A stretch of 59,621 bases of DNA. Origin: a virus (lineage: Duplodnaviria > Caudoviricetes). Made by a program: the position numbers and the translations under genes. The notes under the pieces are model-generated. The model was given only the letters and a program-made list of their open reading frames with translations. It did no database searches and was not told where the DNA came from. Position 1 is the stretch's first letter, and every line of letters starts with the position of its first letter. The stretch covers positions 1 through 59,621 of IMG/VR virus record IMGVR_UViG_3300049926_000063; one strand, given 5' to 3'. Of the stretch, positions 35,602 through 45,881 are shown piece after piece.

Positions 35602-36942
35602 TTACGCATCCTCCCAAGAACCTTGCACCGTGGGATCAACCCAGAGCCCCGCTACTGTTGGATCGGACCACGTTCCAGCCACATCGGTATAGGGGTCGTT
35701 TGCTGATATTGTAAACGTCGCCGTCCCCGCACACACCGCCGCCGCCACAATCAGCGATCCACTTCCGCGCGAGATCGACGCCGCGAAGTGAGCCGACCCA
35801 CTGAACGTCGCGTGTCCCGCCGTCAACACGGCCGAGCCGTGGTACACCGGTGCGGTGAATGACGCTGATCCGGACGCTGTTGCATGGCCGGCGGTCAAAG
35901 CCGCAGTGCCGTGGTAGGTTGGCGGTGTGAACGTCGCCGAGCCGCTCGCGGTCGCATGACCGGCCGTCAGGCTTCCCGATCCGCTGTAGACGGCCGTCGC
36001 GAAGATCGCGGTGCCGGCGAGCGTGGCGTGTGCTGCGGCCAGCGTTCCCGAGGCGTGATAGACCGGGGCCGTGAAGGTCGCCGAGGCAGACAGCGTTGCG
36101 TGTGCCGCTGCCAGGCTGCCGCTCGCGTGGTAGACGGGTGCCGTGAACGCGGCGGACGCCGCGAGGGTCGCATGTGCGGCAGTCAGGGTGCCGCTGGCGG
36201 TGTGCGTGCCGGGGGAGTAGGTTGCGGAGGCTGACAGCGTGGCGTGGGCGGCGGTGAGCGTGCCAGAGGCGGTGTAGGTTGCACCGCCACCACCGAATCC
36301 GTACTTCACGTTCAGATAGGCAATGACCGATGCGCGATCCGTCGAGCCGAGGGCCGAGTCGTAGACGATTACTTCGGCCACGTCACTGGGAGCGGCGTTA
36401 TAACCAATTTCTGGCGATGTATTCCAGCCAACAGTGTTTGATCCCGTGCTGAACTGCACCCCATCATTGAGCCGTAGTTCCCAACCGCCCGCCTGCGTAA
36501 TGACGCCGAATATGTGGAAGGCCGTTACTGGTGTAATTGGGGCTCCGCAGGACTTACGCGATGTGCTGCCCGTGCCGATATAAATGTTGCCGTCGCCGAA
36601 CGGATAGAACTCAGTGTCTCCATCGTTGTCCCAGTTTTGAAATAACACTCCAGAACTGGCGGTTTGTTTCACAACAGCAAAAATCGTGGCCGCCGAAAGC
36701 CCCGACATCCAGTTCGTAAACGTCATCGTGTACGTGTTCGTGAAATCAAATCGAACGATTGGCTTGGAGTTGACTTGATTCGTTTTGAATAGCGGCCGAA
36801 ATGCACCCGCTTGAACCGAGCCGTCGTTACCCTGGCCGGAAGCGTCGGGCCACGAACCGACGGGATCGTTGTCGGACAAACCCAAGGCGTCGGCGGCGAG
36901 CCACAGTTTGCAGCCTGAAATGTCAGTCGGCTGGAAGGGCAC
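35602..36942 (-). CDS. LamG/ConA-like receptor-binding protein with 22-aa beta repeats
   Basis: LWLAAD...V.SWPDASG.GN, AEVIVYDSAL...YLN.KYG; about nine YxxSGxLxAxHATxxxSAxFT repeats. Confidence 0.8.
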   Translation of the reverse strand: MPFQPTDISGCKLWLAADALGLSDNDPVGSWPDASGQGNDGSVQAGAFRPLFKTNQVNSKPIVRFDFTNTYTMTFTNWMSGLSAATIFAVVKQTASSGVLFQNWDNDGDTEFYPFGDGNIYIGTGSTSRKSCGAPITPVTAFHIFGVITQAGGWELRLNDGVQFSTGSNTVGWNTSPEIGYNAAPSDVAEVIVYDSALGSTDRASVIAYLNVKYGFGGGGATYTASGTLTAAHATLSASATYSPGTHTASGTLTAAHATLAASAAFTAPVYHASGSLAAAHATLSASATFTAPVYHASGTLAAAHATLAGTAIFATAVYSGSGSLTAGHATASGSATFTPPTYHGTAALTAGHATASGSASFTAPVYHGSAVLTAGHATFSGSAHFAASISRGSGSLIVAAAVCAGTATFTISANDPYTDVAGTWSDPTVAGLWVDPTVQGSWEDA

Positions 36943-36950
36943 GGCTCACC

Positions 36951-37289
36951 TCACACAATGCCGTGCATCCCACACGCCTGATCGAGCGCCGCGCCGGCAG
37001 CATCCCCCTGACCAGATGCCTTGGTGAGAATGTTGAAAAGGGAGTCGATCTGTTGCCAGCTTGCCATCGCTGCCGCGTTCGCGTCGGCATAGTCGCCGGC
37101 GGTGAACTTACCGCGCGAGGCATACTGCGCGAAGTGAGCGGCCGTATCAGTGGTACCGTTGCATTCGGCGATTATCACTTTGCGAATGTGGTCGAGTTGC
37201 TCACGGGCCAGCCGAAGGGCGGACAACGCGCCGTAGACGGCGCGACCTTCGTCTGTCGTTCGGTCGAACGGGATAATTGCGGCGGCCAT
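36951..37289 (-). CDS. Hypothetical protein
   Basis: aaggg RBS, operon context. Confidence 0.55.
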   Translation of the reverse strand: MAAAIIPFDRTTDEGRAVYGALSALRLAREQLDHIRKVIIAECNGTTDTAAHFAQYASRGKFTAGDYADANAAAMASWQQIDSLFNILTKASGQGDAAGAALDQACGMHGIV

Positions 37290-37371
37290 GGTGCCCTTTC
37301 GGTCATTCGTGAGAAAGGATCGTATCACCAACTCAACCGGCTCATCCACTAGTCGCGGTCCACCTGCATCG

Positions 37372-37797
37372 CTACACCTTGTCGGTTGTAAGAGGTTCGC
37401 GATCAAGATTAAGTTCCCTGACAACCCACAATAAATGGAACGCCATGTTCCGCAACTCGGCATCCTTCACGGGATCAATCGCGTCGAACAGCCCCGGCTT
37501 GCCCTCCTTCTCGCCGCCCAGTGCGTCCAGTTCATGCCCCCAAGGGATGTGCTGATCGAGTGCCGCGACGTGCTCCGGTTGCATCTTCACGACGATGCCC
37601 GCGCCGCTGGGGTGAGCCGCCGTGTGCGTGCCGACCGGCTCCGGCAACGCCCACCACTTCTCGCAGCACGTCAGCAGTAGGCCGCAGGCGTCCTTGACCG
37701 GGGACGACGGTAAGGCGGCGATGCGGGCCTTGTAGGCCGCGATTGTCTCGTCGCTGAGCGGGGGGGCGAAACTGCCCCCGATGGTAGACTTGGACAT
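37372..37797 (-). CDS. Hypothetical protein
   Basis: Operon context. Confidence 0.55.
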   Translation of the reverse strand: MSKSTIGGSFAPPLSDETIAAYKARIAALPSSPVKDACGLLLTCCEKWWALPEPVGTHTAAHPSGAGIVVKMQPEHVAALDQHIPWGHELDALGGEKEGKPGLFDAIDPVKDAELRNMAFHLLWVVRELNLDREPLTTDKV

Positions 37798-37807
37798 CGA
37801 AAACCCC

Positions 37808-38230
37808 TTAGCTGATCGGTTCTGTGACGGTGAGCGAACTTATGGCGATAGTTCCGCCACTGACAATTACGTTATTATCAAACACCAAATCAGTTCCGCT
37901 TGTGCCGCTATTGCCCTGCGCCAACGCCGCTGTATCGCCGCCGGCCCCGGTGTAGATGCGAAAGTAGCCCGCCGTCCCCGAGGCGTCGGCGTTGGTGTCG
38001 CTGCTGATGGCGCTCGCCGTGGCGGTGCCCGAAGAAGAGGAACCGAAGGCCGGATTTGAGAACAGGTTGGTGCCGAGGAGCGTGCCAGAACTGGCGTCGG
38101 ACACATTGGTAGGTTGCGCCCCGGTGCGGTGCTCCAGGCGACCCGGAGGCGTGCCGCCGTCGATGGCGTCCACGATGCCGTCGCAGGCACCATTCCGCAT
38201 CGTGGTACCGAGCTTGAAGAGTAGGGCCAT
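37808..38230 (-). CDS. Conserved virion protein (RNG..D...L...TG.QP...GTAGYFRI)
   Basis: Motif common upstream of tail-fibre genes. Confidence 0.65.
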   Translation of the reverse strand: MALLFKLGTTMRNGACDGIVDAIDGGTPPGRLEHRTGAQPTNVSDASSGTLLGTNLFSNPAFGSSSSGTATASAISSDTNADASGTAGYFRIYTGAGGDTAALAQGNSGTSGTDLVFDNNVIVSGGTIAISSLTVTEPIS

Positions 38231-38302
38231 TTGGCATCTCGCAAGAGTCTTCTTGTGCTGCCGTCCGTTTTATCACATTTTAGGACCGAGTTCAAAGGAG
38301 TT

Positions 38303-39574
38303 TTACGCGAGATGTGCTGCGTCGTATTCCCAGATTTCGCACCAGCGATCATGGATTCCCCCCGACACCAGCCACTTGCCGCCTTCGAGGATGGCCCCAC
38401 ATACGAACCAGTTGGCAACCAGCCAGTTCCCCCGCGTTGCTCGATCCCCCCACGCAATCGGGTCAGGAGTTTGAGAGATGACCTTGAAAGGAGGCTTCGC
38501 TTCGAAGCGGTAGACCCCGCAGTTGTACGTCGTCAGGCCAGCGATCTTGCGTTTGCCGTGGAAGAAGGAGACATATTCGTCATCAACTCTGAACGGGGCC
38601 GCACCGCCACAGAGCCTTCCACCGCTCCAGGGGAATAGGTTCTCGCTTTGGTGGGCATCCATAGCCGCCCCGGTTCGCGCATCTACCTTGAGAATCCAGT
38701 GTGGCGAGATTGTGTTTACCGCGAACAGCTCCCCGTCATGGGAGAAGAAGTTGACGTTCTTTTGCCAGAGGTCGCGCCGTGGATAATCGAGAAGGATCAC
38801 GCGATCAACGGACAGATCATCGCGGAGCAGGGCGAAGAATTGCGAGCACGGGCCGGCTGAACCTTCGACACCTGAGAAGGCGACGTAGAGACGGTCTAGG
38901 TGCGTAAAGAACCGGGGATCTTCGCGCCCGTGCTTGGCTTTCGAATGCGGCAGGTCGAGTTTCTGAGACGGGCCGGGGAGATAGTCTGGCCCATGCAGTT
39001 CGCAGACGTGAATCTCGGCATCAGTCCACCCGACCCGGTAGGCCATCAGGAGGCGGCCGTGCCATCGAATGATCGAGGCGTTGGAATGGCGGTTAGATTT
39101 GTGTGCGGCGAGTCTTTGGGAATCAATCCTCATCTTCCTCAAGGGTGCTGGAAAGTCCTTGGGGGGAAGGGCGACCACCTCCGAGGTCGCGGGCAGACGA
39201 ATGGGCTCTGCTCTACTCGTGCAGTCTCGGCAGCAGGGTATTCCGCCTTCTTTGGCTGGCAGTGTCGCCGTGCATTTGCCGAACTCGCTGCACGCCAGCA
39301 CCGGCAGCATGATGCCATCGGCACACTTCCCGCATTTCACCCGATCGCCAGTGGGAGGGCCACGGTGGATGCAGGGATAGGTTGGCAACGGAGTCGCCAC
39401 TCTTACCTTCCTTAGCCTCGCCTCCATCACCACGCCATCGCCGCCCCACGCCTTATTCATGGACTCATTCGTCGCCGCGTGAAAGCACTGGACGCACGAG
39501 TACGCGACGACGGTATCGCGCACAACGGTCACGCCTGGCGATTCGCACTTACAAGGCTGGTGGGGCAACCTCAT
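38303..39574 (-). CDS. GH130/GH43-like five-bladed propeller glycosidase with Cys-rich N-terminus
   Basis: NASII, GREDPRFF, WQKNVNFF, LCGGAAP, FFHG, FVCG. Confidence 0.78.
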   Translation of the reverse strand: MRLPHQPCKCESPGVTVVRDTVVAYSCVQCFHAATNESMNKAWGGDGVVMEARLRKVRVATPLPTYPCIHRGPPTGDRVKCGKCADGIMLPVLACSEFGKCTATLPAKEGGIPCCRDCTSRAEPIRLPATSEVVALPPKDFPAPLRKMRIDSQRLAAHKSNRHSNASIIRWHGRLLMAYRVGWTDAEIHVCELHGPDYLPGPSQKLDLPHSKAKHGREDPRFFTHLDRLYVAFSGVEGSAGPCSQFFALLRDDLSVDRVILLDYPRRDLWQKNVNFFSHDGELFAVNTISPHWILKVDARTGAAMDAHQSENLFPWSGGRLCGGAAPFRVDDEYVSFFHGKRKIAGLTTYNCGVYRFEAKPPFKVISQTPDPIAWGDRATRGNWLVANWFVCGAILEGGKWLVSGGIHDRWCEIWEYDAAHLA

Positions 39575-41259
39575 GACACGGTGATCCCCGAAGTGCCGAC
39601 GGGGAAGCTGGTCGTTGGGAAGGCCAGGGCCAGCGGGCCGCATGAATGGGAAGAGGCGTTCTCTTGCCCGGTGATGACAGACGACTCAACGCGGTCCAGC
39701 GTCCAGCCGTTTATGGCCGAGCAAGTCAAGGAATAGAAAACCGTGCCGCTGATGGTAAAAGTTGCGAACGCACTGCCCGTGCAGAAATAGGGGAAGTTGC
39801 TGACGTAGGAGCCCGCGTCCACCCCCCCGACAATCACCAGAGTCAAGGAAATCCCACACGAGTCGGGGCAGCACTCAGCAGGCAGGCCACCACTACAAAC
39901 CGCTTCGCACGCCGCGAGGCTCGCGTAGGGACCGCTGCCGTCTCCAGGGTCTACGCAGTTATTTGAGAAATCGCACTTCCAAGTGGGAGTAACTCCGCAA
40001 GCGATTTCGCAATCGAGAAGCGTTGGATAGGCTCCCGTTCCGTCGCCAGGATCGACACACGCCCCGGTATCGCAGTTCCATGATGGATCAGGCGGTTGAG
40101 GGACATCGCACCCATCCGCTGCATCTGCCACTGTAAATGAGTACGGGAGCGGATCGGTTGTTATGCAAGGACAAAAATCTTCGCCGTGGAGAGTGAACCC
40201 TGTAGTTCCCGATCCGGAAATCGGAAGAGGAGTATCGCAATCGGTAGCGGCAGACCCACCGAACTCACAATCTGTACCGAAAAATACCACTGTCCAACTA
40301 ATACCTGCTTCGCCGACACATACAAAAGACAACAAGATGCTATAAGGACCACCGAATCCAGGGGTGGAACCGATCCAACCTCCCTGACTGGCATTCCAAA
40401 CCAGAACAGCAGTAAAGGTAATCGGTCCAGGAGGAGTGTCGCTGCATTCCAAGGTGTAATTCAAGCATAGTCTCTTCGGGAAGGTTAAACCTGGACAACA
40501 AGAATTAGGAATTGTGCAAGCAACCGGATCGCAAGTAGCCCGCATCTTAAACATCCCGTCAGCACAAGCCCCTCCCGAGGTTCCGACGCAAAGAATCGCC
40601 CCGCCCCCTGTAAATTCCGAGAAGCTACTCCCACATCCAGACCACGCAAGGCAGACGGTCGTAAGGCCAGACCCGGAGCCAGTTGAGAGCTGCAGGCGCG
40701 GAAGTTGATGATCGCAGTCAGGCAGGAAGAACGACACATCCCAGTCGATGCCACCGAGGGTTAGTTGGCTATCACCGATCCACTCCGTGTCTGAGGATGA
40801 GACCAGCACAAGCGTCTGGCTCGTGTCGATACCCGAGCACCGCCCTGTAGCCGCCCCGGTAAAGCTCAGCGTCAGGCAGTCGGTATCGGGGTTGAGCCAC
40901 GCGAGGGCGGAACAGTCGGAGCCGAGAGACGTTCCACCCGTCACCGCCGTCTCGTAGACGGTTTGGCCCGTGACGGCACCCTTCATCCGAATCCAGACGT
41001 AGGACGGAATTTCCAGCACTGCGTCGTTCGCGTCGATCAGGCAGTTGGAGAAGGAAGTTGCCGAAACGTAAGCAGCGGCGCGAGGTGGCGTGGCGTCTTG
41101 GGATTGCCCAGTGAGCGGATCGAATCCCTGCTCCGTCCAGTCGTACACCGGACGCCCAGATAACGCCCCCGAGGCCGGGGTATTCACCGCTGTGACCTTC
41201 GCGAGCAGGATGCCCCGATAGTTCTGCGCGGCGTCAGGGGTCGAGTTGATCCCAGGCAT
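39571..41259 (-). CDS. Cysteine-rich tail-tip/fibre protein
   Basis: Follows the tail gene; many Cys; two W.C....CVDPGDG.G.Y..L..CE..C repeats. Confidence 0.65.
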   Translation of the reverse strand: MPGINSTPDAAQNYRGILLAKVTAVNTPASGALSGRPVYDWTEQGFDPLTGQSQDATPPRAAAYVSATSFSNCLIDANDAVLEIPSYVWIRMKGAVTGQTVYETAVTGGTSLGSDCSALAWLNPDTDCLTLSFTGAATGRCSGIDTSQTLVLVSSSDTEWIGDSQLTLGGIDWDVSFFLPDCDHQLPRLQLSTGSGSGLTTVCLAWSGCGSSFSEFTGGGAILCVGTSGGACADGMFKMRATCDPVACTIPNSCCPGLTFPKRLCLNYTLECSDTPPGPITFTAVLVWNASQGGWIGSTPGFGGPYSILLSFVCVGEAGISWTVVFFGTDCEFGGSAATDCDTPLPISGSGTTGFTLHGEDFCPCITTDPLPYSFTVADAADGCDVPQPPDPSWNCDTGACVDPGDGTGAYPTLLDCEIACGVTPTWKCDFSNNCVDPGDGSGPYASLAACEAVCSGGLPAECCPDSCGISLTLVIVGGVDAGSYVSNFPYFCTGSAFATFTISGTVFYSLTCSAINGWTLDRVESSVITGQENASSHSCGPLALAFPTTSFPVGTSGITVS

Positions 41260-41926
41260 ATGGGATAGAATAACGAAGTTTCACACGGTATGGCAGGGTA
41301 AAACCGCCAGAGCGCACGAGGCCTTCCCCGTCATCATCAAGTAAGAAGTAAGACAGGAAGAACCAATCAGACTGCTCCGTCTTGTCGTCAGTGTCTTTGA
41401 GCAGTTCGCGCCCGTCGCCGCAAACCCCGTACCCTCAGTTTTCGAGACGAGAAGCCAAAGCTCTCGTTGCTCGGATGAACCGTGTCCCGGATATAGGCCT
41501 CAAAACATTGCCGGGAAACTGCCGTGGTCATCAGCCATCGGCAGACTGAGGTTGGTTGCTCGTTTGCACCGAGGCGAGCTTTTAAGCCCCGGCCACCGTG
41601 CGGACGAGCGTTTAGGCTGTTCAGCATCGCGCCCTCCGCGCGACTACCGCTTTTGATCGGGAGCGTTCGTCGGACCCACGAACCCGCGACGGGTGGACTT
41701 TTTTTCTTGAAATGCGATTCGGGCGTGATAACATGCCGTTGTCGCTTCAAAAGCACAAGCCGCCGCGAGCTACCCGTCGAATAGGTCTCGCGGCGGTTCT
41801 GTTTTCCCACTTCGGAAGCACCGCGTCAAACAAAATCTGACGATCTCCGCAAGAAGTTGAACAAATCGGCGAATCCCTTGCATTCCTCTCGCGGGAGCTC
41901 GAAGATGCCCCCCGAGGAGGACCGCC

Positions 41927-42400
41927 ATGTCCGACGGTGACGATATGATCGAAGCGATGCAGCAACGACGGCAGGCGAAGGCGGCGAAAGCCTCCCAAAA
42001 ACGAGCCGTGATCCTCGTTGGCGTAGCTCTTTTGGTTCTGGTCGGCGGAATGATCGCGGTGGCAGTGTTGCTGGCGAGGAAGCCAATTCTAACCAACCGG
42101 CCCGACGTGACGATGCAGGCCGAAGAGATCATGGTTCAAATTGCCGAGAACCCCGCTAGTACCACAAAGTACCAGGGGAAGATTGTTCGACTTACCGGCA
42201 CCCTTAATGAAGTCACATCAAATATCCAGGGGCAGTGTTTTCTCACATTCAGAGGAAACGGCCGATCCCCTCGTTGCGCTTTCAATGATCCGTCTGTGCT
42301 CGCAAAGCTGAAGCGAGGGGATCTTATCACCGTCCAAGGAATGCTCGTTACCGACGGCGGAATGGTCGATCTATCTTCGTGCTCCCTCATCTCGCCCTAG
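41927..42400 (+). CDS. Membrane-anchored tRNA_anti-like OB-fold protein (moron)
   Basis: TM helix; ENPA...KYQGKIVRLTG...LKRGDLITVQG...LSSC. Confidence 0.75.
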   Translation: MSDGDDMIEAMQQRRQAKAAKASQKRAVILVGVALLVLVGGMIAVAVLLARKPILTNRPDVTMQAEEIMVQIAENPASTTKYQGKIVRLTGTLNEVTSNIQGQCFLTFRGNGRSPRCAFNDPSVLAKLKRGDLITVQGMLVTDGGMVDLSSCSLISP

Positions 42401-43563
42401 TTATCCCCTGCCGTCGTCGGACCGCCAGCCACATCGGGATCTGAAAAGAGCGCTTCCAGTGGGAAGCTCAACCAAGCTGGAGCTGTTTGAACCGTCTGTG
42501 GTGGGGTCGTCACGCTCCTCACGGCATAGTAGAAATTATTATCAGCAAGGTTAGGAAGCAAATTATGACCAGCCGCAACATAGTTCTTGTTAGTGATCGT
42601 CGCGCCGAGCGAACCGGACTGGTAGCGATTAGTCAGCAGGAAGTTTAGTTCAATGTCACAAAGCCTCGCATAGTTGATCGAGGAAGCGAAGTTGGGATCT
42701 CCGGTCGGCAACGACTGGATGTCGTTCGTTGGCGGAGTGTATTTAGTGACGTTGTACCCGAGGTATAGTAGGCTCCCGGCAGGCCAGTTCCACCATGCGT
42801 TCTGATTGATTCGGCCGCGCCAGTTTCGATTCGGACCACCAGCAATGTAGCTGTTTGTGCTGGTGATATAGCGCCACGGCACCTGAAACCAACGAACCTT
42901 AAGAATCTGATCGGGAAGCCACATCCAAGGCGGACTCGTGAACGGAACGAAGCCGTCGGTATTACCCGAGATGACAAGATTCAGCTGACCAGTCTGTCCC
43001 TGGATCGTGTTCTCTTGCGGGAAGAAGTCGTAATCGACGTATCGCACCCACTCTGGCGAATAGGTGAAGTTGTTCTGCGACCCGTTTTTCGTGAACCATT
43101 GACCGTTCAGTGCCGGCGAGAATGACCCGTCTTGCAAAATCGGGTACGGCCGCGAAGTGAACTCAACCCCGACTTCATAGGCATTTTCTCCGAGATATAC
43201 CTCGTAGTCCGCGATTGGGCGATACCCTATAGATGGGTTCGATGGGGCTGATCCAGTTTGTCGAATCGCCCGCGACACCCCTTGCCCCACAAAGCTGGCG
43301 ATCTTGCTTGCGTACATGTAGGGAAATTTCGGGTGCGTTGTCGGAATCAGCCGACTCATCGACTGGTTAGCGGGAGACTGACCGGGCTTGTTGGTGGCGA
43401 ATGGGTAGGTATAGCCGAGGATGTCTTGGACCGCGTACTGAACTGTAGAGCTGTCAACCGTGTTCAAATAGTAGTACGCCTTAGCCGATCCCCCCGTCAT
43501 ATCAAACGAGAAGTTCGTAACCGCATTATCATCATGCTTTTCGTTGTAAACGAAATTCGGCAT
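42397..43563 (-). CDS. Tail protein (distal/hub region)
   Basis: Directly after the tape measure gene; HPKFP, GSLLYLG motifs. Confidence 0.6.
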   Translation of the reverse strand: MPNFVYNEKHDDNAVTNFSFDMTGGSAKAYYYLNTVDSSTVQYAVQDILGYTYPFATNKPGQSPANQSMSRLIPTTHPKFPYMYASKIASFVGQGVSRAIRQTGSAPSNPSIGYRPIADYEVYLGENAYEVGVEFTSRPYPILQDGSFSPALNGQWFTKNGSQNNFTYSPEWVRYVDYDFFPQENTIQGQTGQLNLVISGNTDGFVPFTSPPWMWLPDQILKVRWFQVPWRYITSTNSYIAGGPNRNWRGRINQNAWWNWPAGSLLYLGYNVTKYTPPTNDIQSLPTGDPNFASSINYARLCDIELNFLLTNRYQSGSLGATITNKNYVAAGHNLLPNLADNNFYYAVRSVTTPPQTVQTAPAWLSFPLEALFSDPDVAGGPTTAGDN

Positions 43564-43577
43564 GGACGCATTCCCAC

Positions 43578-45110
43578 TTAGTTACCGATGATTCCGCCGA
43601 GCACGCGTCCCGGCATTCCGCCAATGTCCCAGATGCTGGGGGCGGGGCCCGGCTTGTCGGGCAATCCGCCTCGTCCCGCGCCACCCACCCCCGGAGCAGC
43701 CGCCGCATTTCCGCCGCCGACTCCAGGAACCATCCTTCGAACCGCATCGCGAATCTCAAGCATGATGTCTTTGATGCTCACCCCATTCTTCGCTGCATCC
43801 TTCATGGCCTCCAATGTCTTCGCCCAGAACTCCTGCTGGTTCTTCACGCCGCCTTGACCAGCGGCCCCGCCCGCCGTCGCTGCCGCGAGAGCGAGATCCT
43901 TCGACAACTGTTCAAGGTTTTTGATCTGAGGCGTCTGCGCCGCCGTATCACCTTTGGCGTTTGCCCTCTTGTCGATGGAGTCAATCAGGGCCGCGACGAC
44001 ATCATCAAGTCCCGCCAACTTCGCAAGCATGACCGCAAAGACGTACATATTTCGAATGACGTACTGAATGGCGCGAGTAAGGGCGTCCATAATCCCTTGA
44101 ACGGGGAAAACGCTGGAGATCAGCGCCACGATAGAATCGACTACCGAGTTCACCACCACTTCGAAGATGTTGAACGCTTCGTCAAGGATCTGGAAGGTTT
44201 GATTCAGCGCTTCGAGGACTTTGTTCAAGACGCGAACTATAATGCCCAGCCCAGACAGTTCGAAAAATAGTCTTGAAAGCAGTATCAAGCCGCGTGTAAT
44301 GAGCGTCGTTGCATTGAACAACCCAATGAGCGTATTCACGATCACCAACACAACATCGCTCATCGGCTTCAATGCCGACGCCAAGGAAGTCAACAGGTTC
44401 CCCACTTGCCGAAGCACACCGAGAAGAAGATTCGCGAAGATGTCCGACAACTGCTGGATCAGCGGAAGCAGGTTGGCAATAATCGGCTTGAGGATGGCCG
44501 CGTATTGCCGAGTCACTTCCGTCAGGTCTTGGAAGAGTGGAACAAACGCCCGTCCGATGGTTGCCCCGAGGTTATCGAGAGCCTGCTGAAAGATCAAAAT
44601 CACAGCGGGGTTGAAAAGCCGTACAAGCCCCTCCAGCTTGTGAAACTCCCTTTCTAAAACGCCCGTAGCTACAACAAGGATTCCCAAAGCCGCCGCCGCG
44701 ACTGCCCCAATAGCTGCTAATCTCCCCAAGGCACCAACGCCACCACCAGCGGCCGCCGGAGTAGATTCAGCAACCTCAGCGGTGGGATGAACTTCCTGAG
44801 CCATGCGAAACATGGCCGCGATGAGCCGGTCAATCTCGTTTACCAAACGGTTCGTTGCCGTTAGTTGACGGTTGAGCGCCTCCACGAGTTGAGAGGTCGT
44901 CTTGTCCTTTTGCGTATCGACTACCGTATCATCGGTGGCAGCGAGAAGTGAAAGCTGACTGATCGCGGCGATCAGCGGGTTGAATGAGCTGATGAACTTG
45001 TCGAGTATAGCCCCGAGATTCCCGATGATGCCCGGCAGTTCCCCAAGATGGCCTAGGACTTGCTCAAGAACAGTGTCTAAGTCAGGTGGATTTGTCGTGC
45101 TCTTTGCCAT
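43578..45110 (-). CDS. Tape measure protein (short, 510 aa)
   Basis: Helical/hydrophobic; follows the frameshifting chaperone pair. Confidence 0.7.
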   Translation of the reverse strand: MAKSTTNPPDLDTVLEQVLGHLGELPGIIGNLGAILDKFISSFNPLIAAISQLSLLAATDDTVVDTQKDKTTSQLVEALNRQLTATNRLVNEIDRLIAAMFRMAQEVHPTAEVAESTPAAAGGGVGALGRLAAIGAVAAAALGILVVATGVLEREFHKLEGLVRLFNPAVILIFQQALDNLGATIGRAFVPLFQDLTEVTRQYAAILKPIIANLLPLIQQLSDIFANLLLGVLRQVGNLLTSLASALKPMSDVVLVIVNTLIGLFNATTLITRGLILLSRLFFELSGLGIIVRVLNKVLEALNQTFQILDEAFNIFEVVVNSVVDSIVALISSVFPVQGIMDALTRAIQYVIRNMYVFAVMLAKLAGLDDVVAALIDSIDKRANAKGDTAAQTPQIKNLEQLSKDLALAAATAGGAAGQGGVKNQQEFWAKTLEAMKDAAKNGVSIKDIMLEIRDAVRRMVPGVGGGNAAAAPGVGGAGRGGLPDKPGPAPSIWDIGGMPGRVLGGIIGN

Positions 45111-45866
45111 GATATTTGTCAGCGATCTCCTGCCGCAATCGCTGGTACTCCTCGTCCGTCATGGCGCAACCTGGGAAGTTCTTGAGGAAGGCTAGGTTCT
45201 GGTATTCGCTTTCCTCCGTCGCCGAGCCTTCAGGAGATTCAACCGCTGGCATCGGAATCTCAATCGTTCCGTCCTTCGCCCGCTTGTGGAAGTAGACTTC
45301 GTGGAACTGTCTGTCTGTCAATTCCAGAATCTTGTCCTGAGTCAACCGGAACCGATCCGCCAGTAGCGCAATCCTTGCCGTCGTGATGCCTTCAACTAGG
45401 CCGACGACTGCGGGCTCTCGCCCGGTTGGACTTTTGGGGCGTTTGGGGTCTCCTCAAACTTCACGCCGGGGAACGATTCCTTCATCACCACCCGGAAGAC
45501 GGTCAGAACTTCCGATTCGTTGCTTAGCAGGGCTTGGAGCACCTCTTGAGCATCGCACCCCATGAGGAGCGAAAGGATCAGGACGGCCCCTTGTGGCGAC
45601 TGAATGGCCTTCTTGCCGCGTGAGCCCTCCATCGCAAAATCACCGTCCTCGTAGGCCTTCGCAAGCTTCTCCATGAGGCTGAGGTATTGGTCGGGGTCCA
45701 GGTCCTCGCGGAGTGCCTTGCACCCTTCTCGCGCTTTCTGAAACAGCGCCTTCTCGAAAGCAATCTTCACGGCTTGAGTGACGAGCCCGACGGAGTATGT
45801 CTTGCCGTTGGCCGAGATCGTATGTTTCGGGGCCGCCCCACCAAGAGCGTTACTCAGTTCCGACAT
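45082..45866 (-). CDS. Tail assembly chaperone G (45396-45866) and -1 frameshift extension GT (to 45082)
   Basis: C CCA AAA slippery heptamer at 45432-45438; the -1 frame is open into the 45082-45345 ORF. Confidence 0.8.
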
Positions 45867-45881
45867 GAAGCCTCAGAAATC

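Noticed and set aside
41528-41534. CUGAUGA on the minus strand as a hammerhead ribozyme core
   Set aside because: No stem II followed by GAAA at the required position
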